37,487 nt of DNA, taken from NCBI GenBank assembly GCA_043820655.1, contig JBDRDO010000092.1, positions 1 through 37,487 of the forward strand, given 5' to 3'. Both the position numbers and the translations under genes were made by a program. This DNA is from Candidatus Iainarchaeum sp. Its GTDB lineage: Archaea > Iainarchaeota > Iainarchaeia > Iainarchaeales > JAZDEL01. This document shows positions 1-8,255 of the stretch, in pieces (the first letter of the stretch is position 1; each line of letters opens with the position of its first letter). The notes beneath the pieces were generated by a model. The model made no database searches. It saw only the letters and a program-made list of their open reading frames with translations, and was not told the origin of the DNA.

Positions 1-728
1 GGGTGCGCGGCAACAAACTTATCCACATAGGATTTCGCGCTTTCCTTTCTTGTCCCGCCTATTCCAACGCCGACATTCGCCTCGTGCTTCCCCTTTGGGA
101 AGCACCAAAGATAACCGCGCGGCGCCACCTTGTTGCCGAAAAACAACGAGATTAAATCCGGGTCGTCAAAATCAATGCCCGCCATTTCATACTGGAAGCC
201 CGAATCAACGTCGTTCAGCCCGATTTTCGTTTCCATGCCGAGCATTCTCGCAACCCTGCTTTCAATCCCGTCGGCGGCAATTATCATTTTTGAGTTGTAT
301 TTCACAATTTCGCCGTACTCCTCTGTTGTTGCCTCAACGCCGCCGTTTTTGCGCTCCGCCGCAATTACCGGGGTTTTTACAATAATTTTCGCGCCCGCCT
401 TTGCCGCATCCCTTGCAAGCTCCTTTTCAAACAGCCTTCTTTCAAGAACGAAACCTGAAGCATCCGGCGTCCTTACCTCAATCTTTTTCCCCTTTGGCGT
501 CCATAATGCCGCGCCGAAAATATCATTAACAGCCCACTGCTTATTGGGTTTAATTCCCAGCCTTTTGAACCAGTTTAATCCGAGGCCTTCCGCACAGCGC
601 ACAGGAACGCCGATTTCCTGCAGTTTCTCCAGGCATAAAACGCTTACTCCCTGTTCCGCAAGCTTTTTGGAAGTCATTAATCCCGCGGGACCTCCGCCAA
701 CAACAACAACATCATAATTATCCGCCAT
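1..728 (-). CDS. geranylgeranyl reductase family FAD-dependent oxidoreductase (3' end runs off the window)
   Basis: Absent from the ORF track because it is open at the window edge. My minus-strand translation from the ATG at 728 gives MADNYDVVVVGGGPAGLMTSKKLAEQGVSVLCLEKLQEIGVPVRCAEGLG...GNKVAPRGYLWCFPKGKHEANVGVGIG. It has a GxGxxG FAD fold and the RGY-W-FPKG signature of archaeal geranylgeranyl reductases. The + ORFs 50..385 and 130..717 are antisense shadows. Confidence 0.85.
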   Translation of the reverse strand, partial: MADNYDVVVVGGGPAGLMTSKKLAEQGVSVLCLEKLQEIGVPVRCAEGLGLNWFKRLGIKPNKQWAVNDIFGAALWTPKGKKIEVRTPDASGFVLERRLFEKELARDAAKAGAKIIVKTPVIAAERKNGGVEATTEEYGEIVKYNSKMIIAADGIESRVARMLGMETKIGLNDVDSGFQYEMAGIDFDDPDLISLFFGNKVAPRGYLWCFPKGKHEANVGVGIGGTRKESAKSYVDKFVAAH

Positions 729-743
729 AAAATCACCTTTCCA

Positions 744-947
744 CTATTCTCCTGCCTTTGCTCCCTTGCCCTTTCCATCAACCTTCTTCATTGCGTCAAC
801 AGGGCATATAAGCACGCATGAACTACATTCAATGCATTTTTCATGGTCAATCTCAATCCGTGTTTCCTTAAGCGTTATTGCCGCTTTTGGGCAAACTCCA
901 ACGCATCCTCCGCAGTAACAGCACTTTTTAGGGTCATTCACAATCAT
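744..947 (-). CDS. 4Fe-4S dicluster ferredoxin
   Basis: 67 aa with two CxxCxxCxxxCP motifs (CCYCGGCVGVCP and CIECSSCVLICP). Its stop lies 15 nt upstream of the reductase start on the same strand. Confidence 0.9.
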   Translation of the reverse strand: MIVNDPKKCCYCGGCVGVCPKAAITLKETRIEIDHEKCIECSSCVLICPVDAMKKVDGKGKGAKAGE

Positions 948-1085
948 AATTTCACTTCTCTCTTGAAAAACTTGGGCAGGTAAATTTTAAAAAGCGGTTG
1001 GGTTTGTTTTTGTACGTGGGTGCGCCAGCGGGGTGGCGCAAAAAACCGCAACCTTTTAAAGAAGCACCATGTAATACATAGTGAT

Positions 1086-1382
1086 ATGGAGCACATAAGC
1101 ATAAAGCTGGAGTCGGGAATCGCAAAGCAGATTGACAAAAGCATGCGCGAGTTCAACTACAGCACGAAAACAGAGTTCATAAGGGACGCGATAAGGGCGA
1201 AACTCAGGGAATTGAACGAGGAACGCAAAAAGAAAAGGGCGTGGGACGCGCTGTTTGCGGCGAAGGGGATTTTCAAAGGAAAGGGAAAGTTCGAAAGCGA
1301 CGGTGATTTTTACAAGTGGAGAAAGGAATACGGGGCGCAGCGCGCAAAGGAGCTTGCGGAAGAATACGGGCTGAAAATCTAA
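1086..1382 (+). CDS. ribbon-helix-helix (CopG/VapB-like) protein, putative antitoxin
   Basis: ATG at 1086 inside ORF 1020..1382. MEHISIKLESGIAKQIDKSMREFNYSTKTEFIRDAIRAKL matches a beta-strand/helix/helix RHH pattern. A TATA-like TTTTAAAG lies ~25-30 nt upstream. Confidence 0.65.
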   Translation: MEHISIKLESGIAKQIDKSMREFNYSTKTEFIRDAIRAKLRELNEERKKKRAWDALFAAKGIFKGKGKFESDGDFYKWRKEYGAQRAKELAEEYGLKI

Positions 1383-1795
1383 TCCGCCTCTTCGGGGAGA
1401 AGGCAGTCGGCAATTCCGATTTCGGCAAAGTGCCTGTCGCGGGAAATTATTGTTGCGCAATTGTCTCTTGCCAGAATTGAATGCATAACATCCGAAAAAG
1501 GAAACCCGCTGTGCTTCTTTAACCAGAGAGAATGCGCTTCAGAAAACTGCTCTTTGCTTATTTCTATGTGCACGATTATGTCACGAAAGTTCGAGAAAAT
1601 TTCATCCACGCGGCTTTGCACGTAGAAACGGAGCAGTTCATTTGCAACCTCGTCGGAAATCAGCACAACATATTTTTTCTTCCTGCATATTTTGAGGAAC
1701 TGGAACGCCAAATCGCCGAGCGGCCTCATCCCATCGGAGCGGTCCTCAAAATAGTCGCGCCAGATTGCGGTGTCTACATAGAACTTCCGCGCCAT
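1379..1795 (-). CDS. PIN-domain nuclease (VapC-like toxin)
   Basis: ATG at 1795 inside ORF 1379..1924. MARKFYVDTAIW...ISDEVANEL...IISRDRHF shows the conserved acidic residues in the usual PIN spacing. Confidence 0.8.
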   Translation of the reverse strand: MARKFYVDTAIWRDYFEDRSDGMRPLGDLAFQFLKICRKKKYVVLISDEVANELLRFYVQSRVDEIFSNFRDIIVHIEISKEQFSEAHSLWLKKHSGFPFSDVMHSILARDNCATIISRDRHFAEIGIADCLLPEEAD

Positions 1796-1918
1796 AATCA
1801 AAAAAGGCAACCGCGGGTTTAAAAATGCAGGGAGGGCACATTTCCGGTGCGGCGGTTTTCGGCAGCCATTTCCCCACGGGGACATCTGCTTAAAACTTTC
1901 GTGCCATATTTGTCCATT

Positions 1919-3151
1919 ATGCACCCCTCTTTAGACATTCAAGGGAGCGGCTCAAAACGCCTGCGCGGAAAGAAAGTAGTGCTTGCAATGACGGGCAGTG
2001 TCGCCCTTGTTAAGGGATTTGAACTTTGCAGGGAATTAATGCGCCGCGGAGCGCAGGTGCAAATTGTGATGAGCCCCGCCGCACAGAGGCTTGTTAGCGC
2101 GGAACTGATGCACTATGCATCCGCGCGCAAACCAATTGTTGAAATTACCGGGCGCGTGGAGCATGTTGAATGGTTCGGCGAGAAAGGGAAAGGCGATTTG
2201 TTGCTGATTGCCCCCGCCACGGCAAACACAATAAGCAAAATCGCGTTGGGGGTTGACGATACTCCCGTAACAACCTTTGCAACAACCGCGATAGGGAGCA
2301 ACAAACCTGTTATTTTGGTTCCGGCAATGCACGGCTCGATGTACAGGCATGTTGTGGTTAAAAAAAACCTCGGCTTGCTCAAGCAAAAAGGGGTTTCGGT
2401 TATGGAACCGCTGATTGCGGAAGGGAAGGCGAAACTTGCAGGCGTGCACGATGTGGTGCTAGAGGCGGAGCGGGCAATCCTCCGCGGCGAACTTGATGGG
2501 GCAAAGGTTGTTGTCAGCGCAGGCACAACACAGGAGAAAATCGACCCGGTTCGCGTTCTCACAACCCGCGCTTCAGGCTTAACTGGTTTGGAAATTGCAC
2601 GCGAAGCATACCGCAAGGGCGCTTCGGTTACACTTCTACATAACCATAACGCCGCGGAGTCGGGCATAAAACAGGTTCAGTACTCAACAAGCGCTGAAAT
2701 GAAGCGCGCACTAATGAAAGAACTGAAGGGAGCAACGTATTTCATTTCAAGCGCCGCTGTGGGGGATTTCACAATTGCAGGCAAAAGGAGCAAAACGCAA
2801 GGGAGCAAAGAAAAAATAAAATCCGGTTCGGGATTAACAATTGCGCTGAAGCCAAGTGAAAAAATAATTTCAGTTGTGCGGGAAAAATTCCCGAATTTGT
2901 TCATTGCAGGCTTCAAGGCGGAAACAAACAAGACGAAAAAGCAAATGATTGAACTTTGCAAAACTTTCATGCGCACAAACAATCTGCAGATGGTTGTCGG
3001 CAATGATGTTGCAAAGCAGGGCATGGGGACAGAAACAAACAAGGTTGTAATCCTCTCCGCGTCAAAGGGAGCAGGCAAAACCGCAAATCCAATCTGGGTT
3101 TCGGGAGAAAAGCAAAAAATAGCGGAAAGCATCGTAGGAATGCTCAACTAA
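1919..3151 (+). CDS. coaBC: bifunctional phosphopantothenoylcysteine decarboxylase / phosphopantothenate-cysteine ligase
   Basis: ATG at 1919. The N-terminal flavoprotein domain shows KKVVLAMTGSVA...PATANTISKIALGVDDTPVT. The C-terminal CoaB domain shows VSAGTTQEKIDPVRVLTTRASGLTG. About 410 aa. Confidence 0.9.
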   Translation: MHPSLDIQGSGSKRLRGKKVVLAMTGSVALVKGFELCRELMRRGAQVQIVMSPAAQRLVSAELMHYASARKPIVEITGRVEHVEWFGEKGKGDLLLIAPATANTISKIALGVDDTPVTTFATTAIGSNKPVILVPAMHGSMYRHVVVKKNLGLLKQKGVSVMEPLIAEGKAKLAGVHDVVLEAERAILRGELDGAKVVVSAGTTQEKIDPVRVLTTRASGLTGLEIAREAYRKGASVTLLHNHNAAESGIKQVQYSTSAEMKRALMKELKGATYFISSAAVGDFTIAGKRSKTQGSKEKIKSGSGLTIALKPSEKIISVVREKFPNLFIAGFKAETNKTKKQMIELCKTFMRTNNLQMVVGNDVAKQGMGTETNKVVILSASKGAGKTANPIWVSGEKQKIAESIVGMLN

Positions 3152-3465
3152 CGTGCAAAGTGGCCGCGCGAAAGGTAAATCATAAATACTCCAAGGAACT
3201 GGAAGACTGCGTCAAAAATCATTAGCTGCGGGAAAACAAGCAATACAAGATAAATTCCCTGTATTGCAATTGTCAGAAAGTAGCCCCATTTCTGCCTCAT
3301 AAGGAATCCTATAAAGCCTATTATTTGTGCATAAAGGAGCAAGTCCCCAATGATGCCCAAACCAAAAATCTTCCTAATAAATAGATTAAGGATTATTGTG
3401 AGTGCAATCAGGCCCAACGAAATAAACCAAAAATTCCTCGCGCCAAGCATGTATAGAAAACGCAC
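3148..3465 (-). CDS. small hypothetical membrane protein (about 3 TM segments)
   Basis: 105 aa and strongly hydrophobic (FWFISLGLIALTIILNLF, IIGFIGFL, IQGIYLVLLVFPQL). No recognisable family. Its stop overlaps the coaBC stop by 4 nt, convergently. Confidence 0.5.
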   Translation of the reverse strand: MRFLYMLGARNFWFISLGLIALTIILNLFIRKIFGLGIIGDLLLYAQIIGFIGFLMRQKWGYFLTIAIQGIYLVLLVFPQLMIFDAVFQFLGVFMIYLSRGHFAR

Positions 3466-3495
3466 TTCAGATATAAAATTTTATGCCTGTGTTGG

Positions 3496-4686
3496 TTAGC
3501 CCTTCAAAACCTCTAATCCCGGCAGTTTTTCCCCCGCCAGATATTCAAGCAGTGCCTTTCCCGCTAAAGAAACAAAATCAAAGTCCGAAGGGAGCAGCCC
3601 TATCGCAGAGAGCGCCTTTTCAGTGTCTCCCCCGCCCACTATGCTGTAAGTCCTTGAAAACGCCGCAGCCTCCAAAATCTTCTGCGTTCCTATGCTGAAT
3701 TCCTTTTCCTCATACCTGCCCATCGGGCCGTTGCAAATTGCAACTGCACTGTTCCTTATCTTTTCCTTGAAATCCTCATATGTCTGCTTTCCAATGTCAA
3801 ATGTCATGCTCATCGAGGGCATGCCGCTTACTGAAATTTCCTTCCTTTGTTCGTCCTTCATAACCGCAAAATCAACAGGCAATGTAATTTTATCCCCGAA
3901 CTTGCCAAGAATTTCGTTCATTTTTGCCTTCATTGTTTTTGAGCCCTTTTCGGCAAGCATTTTGTCCTTTGCCCCGAACTGCACTCCCTTTGCCGAAAGG
4001 AAAAGCTCCCCGAACAGCCCGCCTATCACAGCGGAATCCGCCTTGCCCTGCTCAAGCATTGTTTCAAGAACCTTAATGCTGTCCTCGGGTTTTGCCCCTC
4101 CCAATACAAGAAGCCTTTTGCCCTTGATTTCCTCAAGCTTTTCAAGCGCCTCAAGTTCCTTTAACAGTGCGCACCCCGCATAGCAGGGCATGTGCTTTGC
4201 AAACCCGACAACAGTTGCATGTGCGCGGTGGCAGATGCTTAATGCGTCCTGCACAAACAAATCCCCCAAAGGCGCGAGTTCCGAAACAATTTTGCTTTTG
4301 CCGTGTTCCTCCGCGCTTTTCTTTTCCATTTCCTCCTCGCGCATTCTTGTATTGTCAAGCAGTATTATTTCCCCGTCCTGCATTCTCTTAATCGCGGTTT
4401 TGTAATCCTCATTCCAGAAAAAGAACTTAACTTCCCTGTCAAGTTGCTTTGCCAATTTCACCGCATGCCTGTCAAGCGAAACAAACCCATCCTCCCCGGG
4501 CCTTGCCTGATGTGAGAGTATAACTGTTTTCGCCCCTTCCTCTGAAAGGTAATACATTGTTTTAGCATGCTCCCTCAGGCGCGCATTCATCAGCACGCGC
4601 CCCTCAACAACAGGGCTGTTCAAATCCGCACGCAGGAACACGGTTTTCCCGCGAACCTCTGCATCATAGATTGATTTATACCCCAT
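3496..4686 (-). CDS. pgk: phosphoglycerate kinase (archaeal type)
   Basis: GKTVFLRADLNSP near the N-terminus, ILSHQARPGE, and a C-terminal GGGDT. ATG at 4686; the ORF track starts at an upstream TTG (4698). Confidence 0.9.
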   Translation of the reverse strand: MGYKSIYDAEVRGKTVFLRADLNSPVVEGRVLMNARLREHAKTMYYLSEEGAKTVILSHQARPGEDGFVSLDRHAVKLAKQLDREVKFFFWNEDYKTAIKRMQDGEIILLDNTRMREEEMEKKSAEEHGKSKIVSELAPLGDLFVQDALSICHRAHATVVGFAKHMPCYAGCALLKELEALEKLEEIKGKRLLVLGGAKPEDSIKVLETMLEQGKADSAVIGGLFGELFLSAKGVQFGAKDKMLAEKGSKTMKAKMNEILGKFGDKITLPVDFAVMKDEQRKEISVSGMPSMSMTFDIGKQTYEDFKEKIRNSAVAICNGPMGRYEEKEFSIGTQKILEAAAFSRTYSIVGGGDTEKALSAIGLLPSDFDFVSLAGKALLEYLAGEKLPGLEVLKG

Positions 4687-4768
4687 TAAATGCACCAAAT
4701 AAATTTGGGGGAATAATGATTAAAATACCCAGCCCATCGGAAAGCCCCCGCGGGTTAAGGTTAAAAAC

Positions 4769-4996
4769 ATGGAAACCCCAATTCTATTGGAGTGTTATAT
4801 GCCTGCCAGAACAATGCGCGGCATAGTCCGCGGTTTCGGAACAATAAAACGCGAGATTTCAGATGCCGAAACACCTGAGGAATTCGGGATTCTGGAGGCG
4901 GAACTTGCGGATCCTGATGTTTTGCTTGAGGTCGGCGAGGAAAACGTGCGCCTGCTGAAGGAACTGATCAAGGGCAGACTCAAAGGAATGAAGTAA
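4769..4996 (+). CDS. small hypothetical protein
   Basis: 75-aa acidic ORF in the pgk/pgi spacer with no recognisable motif. The start is uncertain (ATG 4769 or 4799). Confidence 0.35.
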   Translation: METPILLECYMPARTMRGIVRGFGTIKREISDAETPEEFGILEAELADPDVLLEVGEENVRLLKELIKGRLKGMK

Positions 4997-5012
4997 GCGG
5001 GAATGTGTTTTT

Positions 5013-5870
5013 ATGGGCGTGAAAAATAGTTTTACTGATTTGCATGAAATCAGCGGCATTGCGCTGAAACTGGAAAATGAAACAAACAAACTCGAATTCG
5101 GCAGGGGCATTACTGAAGTAAAGCCTGTAATCCGCCACGGCGCGGAGATGAGGCAGGTTCTGCAAAATTCCGATGCACTTGGGGCGCAGGACTGTTATTA
5201 CATGTACCGCGGCGTGCAAAGGGAGCAGGATAATGCAGAAATTGAAAAAGCAGGTTTGCGCTATGACATAACAATTCTGCCTGCAATCCTGCACGGAAAG
5301 GAGTTCAACAAGACATTCGGGCATTTTCACCCGAAAATTCAGGGTTCCGAATTGACGTACACGGAAGTTTACGAGGTTCTGCACGGCAAGGCGCATTACA
5401 TTCTGCAGGGCTCTGCGGTTGGGGTGGAAAGCAAGGGCAAAGGCACGCAGGCGCACGCGGGGGATTTTTTTGTTGTTGAAGCAGGCGCCGGGGACAAGGT
5501 TGTCGTTCCCCCGAATTACGGGCATGTCACAATAAACCCCTCGCGCACGGAGCCCCTTGTAATGTCGAACTGGTCCGCGGCGGATTTCAAAAGCGATTAC
5601 GGAATTTTCAGGGAAAGGCACGGTGCGGCGTATTATGAAACCGCGGGCGGGGATGTCACGGGGGAAAAAACTTCGGGCGGCTGGGCAAAAAACAAAAAAT
5701 ACGGCACGGTTCCGGTGATAAAAAAATTAAAGCCGCGCGATGTGCCGGAGTTCGGGCTGCTTAGGGGAAAACCGATGTATTCCCTTGCCGCGGAGGGAAA
5801 ACTGGGGCTTTTGGATTTTTTGAAAAGCCCCGCGCAGCATATTCGGATTTTTGATGGGCTGCTGCGCTGA
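5013..5870 (+). CDS. pgi: cupin-type glucose-6-phosphate isomerase
   Basis: Cupin metal-site motifs as in Thermococcales cPGI: TFGHFHPKIQGSELTYTEVYEVLHGKAHYILQ and VVVPPNYGHVTINP. At 285 aa it is longer than the ~190-aa Pyrococcus enzyme. Confidence 0.8.
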   Translation: MGVKNSFTDLHEISGIALKLENETNKLEFGRGITEVKPVIRHGAEMRQVLQNSDALGAQDCYYMYRGVQREQDNAEIEKAGLRYDITILPAILHGKEFNKTFGHFHPKIQGSELTYTEVYEVLHGKAHYILQGSAVGVESKGKGTQAHAGDFFVVEAGAGDKVVVPPNYGHVTINPSRTEPLVMSNWSAADFKSDYGIFRERHGAAYYETAGGDVTGEKTSGGWAKNKKYGTVPVIKKLKPRDVPEFGLLRGKPMYSLAAEGKLGLLDFLKSPAQHIRIFDGLLR

Positions 5871-5902
5871 AGTGTGCCCAAATGCGCATGCGGAACCTTT
5901 AA

Positions 5903-5924
5903 ATAACTATAGCGCTATAGTTAT
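5903..5924. promoter_or_regulatory. 22-bp perfect palindrome, candidate vapBC operator
   Basis: ATAACTATAGCGCTATAGTTAT equals its own reverse complement. It ends 10 nt before the vapB ATG. Confidence 0.5.
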
Positions 5925-5934
5925 ATGTGGTTTT

Positions 5935-6144
5935 ATGCCGACTACAACTATTCAAGTTGAGCACCCGACAAAGGAACTGCTGAACGAACTGAAAAAGAAC
6001 TTCAATTCAAAAACCTATGACGAGGTAATCCAGCGGCTCGTGAAAAAGAAAACGGGCTCGATGTTCGGGAAGCTTTCAAAAGGAAAAAAGGTCTCTGTCG
6101 CCGAAATGATGAAAGGGCTGCGCGATAAGCATGACCGGTTCTGA
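5935..6144 (+). CDS. vapB: VapB-like antitoxin
   Basis: ATG at 5935 inside ORF 5851..6144 (MPTTTIQVEHPTKELLNELKKNF...). The 69-aa product overlaps the downstream PIN gene by 14 nt. A 22-bp perfect palindrome lies just upstream. Confidence 0.65.
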   Translation: MPTTTIQVEHPTKELLNELKKNFNSKTYDEVIQRLVKKKTGSMFGKLSKGKKVSVAEMMKGLRDKHDRF

Positions 6145-6532
6145 CCTTTTTCTTGACTCAAGCGTGTGGCTTGGGTACTTCCTCGGGAACATCCAAAAGA
6201 CGAAAGAGATTATAGAATCGGAAGAAAACACCCTTTTCACGTCAATAATTTCCCTTCAGGAGATATGCAGAAAACTTAAGAAGTTGGGCAAAACCGAAAA
6301 GGAAATAACTGCCGCAATCGGATTTATCGAGGAAAACAGCAGCATAATTAACCTCAACAAGAAAATAGTGATAAGAGCCGCTGATTTCTGCGAAAAATAC
6401 GGGCTGCACGCGATGGACTCGCTTATTTATGCGAGCGCCATGAGTACAAATGCGGCATTTGTAACTGTCGACAAGGACTTTATGGGCTGCCCAAAAACGA
6501 TTATACTTGAGCGACCTGGGGCGGAAGTTTGA
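6131..6532 (+). CDS. vapC: PIN-domain toxin VapC
   Basis: 133 aa: LFLDSSVWLGYF (Asp in the first strand), SIISLQEI (Glu), HAMDSLIYASA and FVTVDKDF. This is a classic PIN layout. Confidence 0.85.
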   Translation: MTGSDLFLDSSVWLGYFLGNIQKTKEIIESEENTLFTSIISLQEICRKLKKLGKTEKEITAAIGFIEENSSIINLNKKIVIRAADFCEKYGLHAMDSLIYASAMSTNAAFVTVDKDFMGCPKTIILERPGAEV

Positions 6533-6596
6533 ACTGCTTGATTTTTTGAAGAATCCCGCGCCATATCTGCGGGTTTTTGAAAAGGTGATTGGATGA
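6525..6596 (+). pseudogene. remnant of a second pgi 3' end (24 codons including the stop)
   Basis: It reads KFELLDFLKNPAPYLRVFEKVIG*, against the live pgi C-terminus KLGLLDFLKSPAQHIRIFDGLLR* (5799..5870). By hand alignment 11 of 23 residues are identical, with the same length to the stop. Confidence 0.6.
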
Positions 6597-7141
6597 AAAA
6601 GCCGGCTGAAAAGCGCAATAAAAGGCCGTTGCGCGAAGAAAATATGTGGAAAACACAAATTCCGCGCACGCCAAAAGCCCTATTTAAAAGCGCATTTGCG
6701 CCGCCCCTTACAACTTATGAAACGAAGGGCCTGGAATTGCGGTCCTTTCTTTTACATAATGTGCCAAGCGTAAAAGAAGTGATGGAATCTGAGCGGGCAA
6801 TGGGTGAAAATGTATCGGGCTCAGTCCACTGGGGCGGCAGCCTTTGGTCCATATTGCCCGCCGCGAAAATAGAAAAGGTCGGCGCGCAGGAAGTAATAGG
6901 GGGACTCTGCAGGCTCAGGGACGAGTTTTTAGAAGCAGGCAAGGCGCTTTCTGAAACAGAGTACTTGTGGCGGCAGGCGGAAAGGTCGTATGGCGGGCAG
7001 AAGGTCACTGTAATAGGGGATGCGCTGGAAATTTACTATAAAGAAATCGAAAAAACGCTGGGCAAATTCCCGAGCCCTACGTTCGTAAACGAGCTTATCC
7101 AGGCGCTGGAGCTAAATTTAAAGAAGCTCCCTCGCAAATGA
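6593..7141 (+). CDS. hypothetical protein
   Basis: 182-aa ORF with protein-like composition and no recognisable motif. The start is uncertain because the first codons overlap the pgi-tail remnant. Confidence 0.45.
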   Translation: MKKPAEKRNKRPLREENMWKTQIPRTPKALFKSAFAPPLTTYETKGLELRSFLLHNVPSVKEVMESERAMGENVSGSVHWGGSLWSILPAAKIEKVGAQEVIGGLCRLRDEFLEAGKALSETEYLWRQAERSYGGQKVTVIGDALEIYYKEIEKTLGKFPSPTFVNELIQALELNLKKLPRK

Positions 7142-7176
7142 CGCGGATTGCCTGCCCCGGCTTATAGGCCGCGCGC

Positions 7177-8172
7177 CTATTTCTTCATCATCAGCCCGCA
7201 CATCTCAACTAAACGCTGCGAATAGCCCATCTCGTTGTCGTACCAGGCAAGCACCTTAACAAGCTTCCCGCCGGTAACGCGCGTCATTCCCGCGTCAAAT
7301 ATGGCGGAGTGCTTATTCCCCACAATGTCCGTGCTGACCAACGGCTCCTCGGAATACTGCAGAATGCCCTTAAGCTCGCCCTCCGCATATTTCTTCACAG
7401 CGGCATTGACCTGTGCAACAGTAACCTCTTTCTTCAGCAAAACCGTCAAATCCGTAACACTCCCGTCAGCAACAGGCACGCGCAAAGCAATTCCGTCCAT
7501 CTTCTCTTTCATGGGGGCATAGACATTCCCAATCGCAGCGGCAGCCCCGGTGCTTGTCGGAACAATATTAATTGCCGCGCTCCTCGCCCTGCGCAGATCG
7601 CTATGGGGTCCGTCAATTAAATTCTGGTCCGCTGTATATGCATGAATTGTCGTCATCAGCCCGTATTCAATCCCGAACGTTTCCTCCAAGGCGCGCGCAA
7701 CAGGCCCAAGGGAATTTGTCGTGCATGAAGCCATGTCAATAATTTCCTCCCCTGCATAAGATCCGCAGTTAACCCCGCGCACAAATTCCTTCACACCCTC
7801 GCCCTTAGCAGGGGCGGTAATAATAACTTTTTTGGCACCCGCCTTCTGGTGCCTTTCCGCATCCTCCTTGCTCCTGAAAATCCCCGTGCTTTCAATTACA
7901 ACATCAACCCCCAAAGCCCTCCATGGAAGTTTCTCCGGCTCCCTTTCACTAAGTGCGGCAATTTTCTTTCCCCCAACAATTAAACTGTCGCCCTGCGCCT
8001 TGACATCCGCCTTAAACTCGCCGTGCACAGAATCGTGCTTAAGCAAGTGCGCAAGCACGTCATTACTGGTCAAATCATTGACCGCAACAACCTCTAAACC
8101 CTTTTCCGCAAATGCACACCTGAAAAAGTTCCTCCCAATTCTTCCAAAACCGTTAATGGCAATTTTAATCAT
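7177..8172 (-). CDS. gap: glyceraldehyde-3-phosphate dehydrogenase, class I (bacterial/eukaryal type)
   Basis: ATG at 8172: MIKIAINGFGRIGRNFFR. The active site is ASCTTNSLGPV, and the C-terminus reads WYDNEMGYSQRLVE. Confidence 0.92.
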   Translation of the reverse strand: MIKIAINGFGRIGRNFFRCAFAEKGLEVVAVNDLTSNDVLAHLLKHDSVHGEFKADVKAQGDSLIVGGKKIAALSEREPEKLPWRALGVDVVIESTGIFRSKEDAERHQKAGAKKVIITAPAKGEGVKEFVRGVNCGSYAGEEIIDMASCTTNSLGPVARALEETFGIEYGLMTTIHAYTADQNLIDGPHSDLRRARSAAINIVPTSTGAAAAIGNVYAPMKEKMDGIALRVPVADGSVTDLTVLLKKEVTVAQVNAAVKKYAEGELKGILQYSEEPLVSTDIVGNKHSAIFDAGMTRVTGGKLVKVLAWYDNEMGYSQRLVEMCGLMMKK

Positions 8173-8255
8173 GTAAAAACCCCCGTGCCCCATGGCTAAC
8201 TTAATGCCGGAACAAAAGAATTATGCAGAGAAATTATTTAAAGGTGTTGGGCGCA

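Noticed and set aside
130-717. 195-aa + strand ORF (and 50..385)
   Set aside because: It is antisense to a clearly recognisable geranylgeranyl reductase on the minus strand. Its Ser/Pro/Ala-rich, low-complexity composition is typical of shadow ORFs.
1021-1040. Hairpin TGCGCCA-GCGGGG-TGGCGCA followed by A6
   Set aside because: It lies in a divergent promoter region where no transcript should terminate. I cannot assign a function, and it may be a regulator binding site or chance.
5871-6524. Calling the vapBC cassette a mobile element
   Set aside because: No integrase, transposase or terminal inverted repeats are visible. Only the duplicated pgi tail suggests insertion, so it is reported as a finding rather than annotated as a mobile element.
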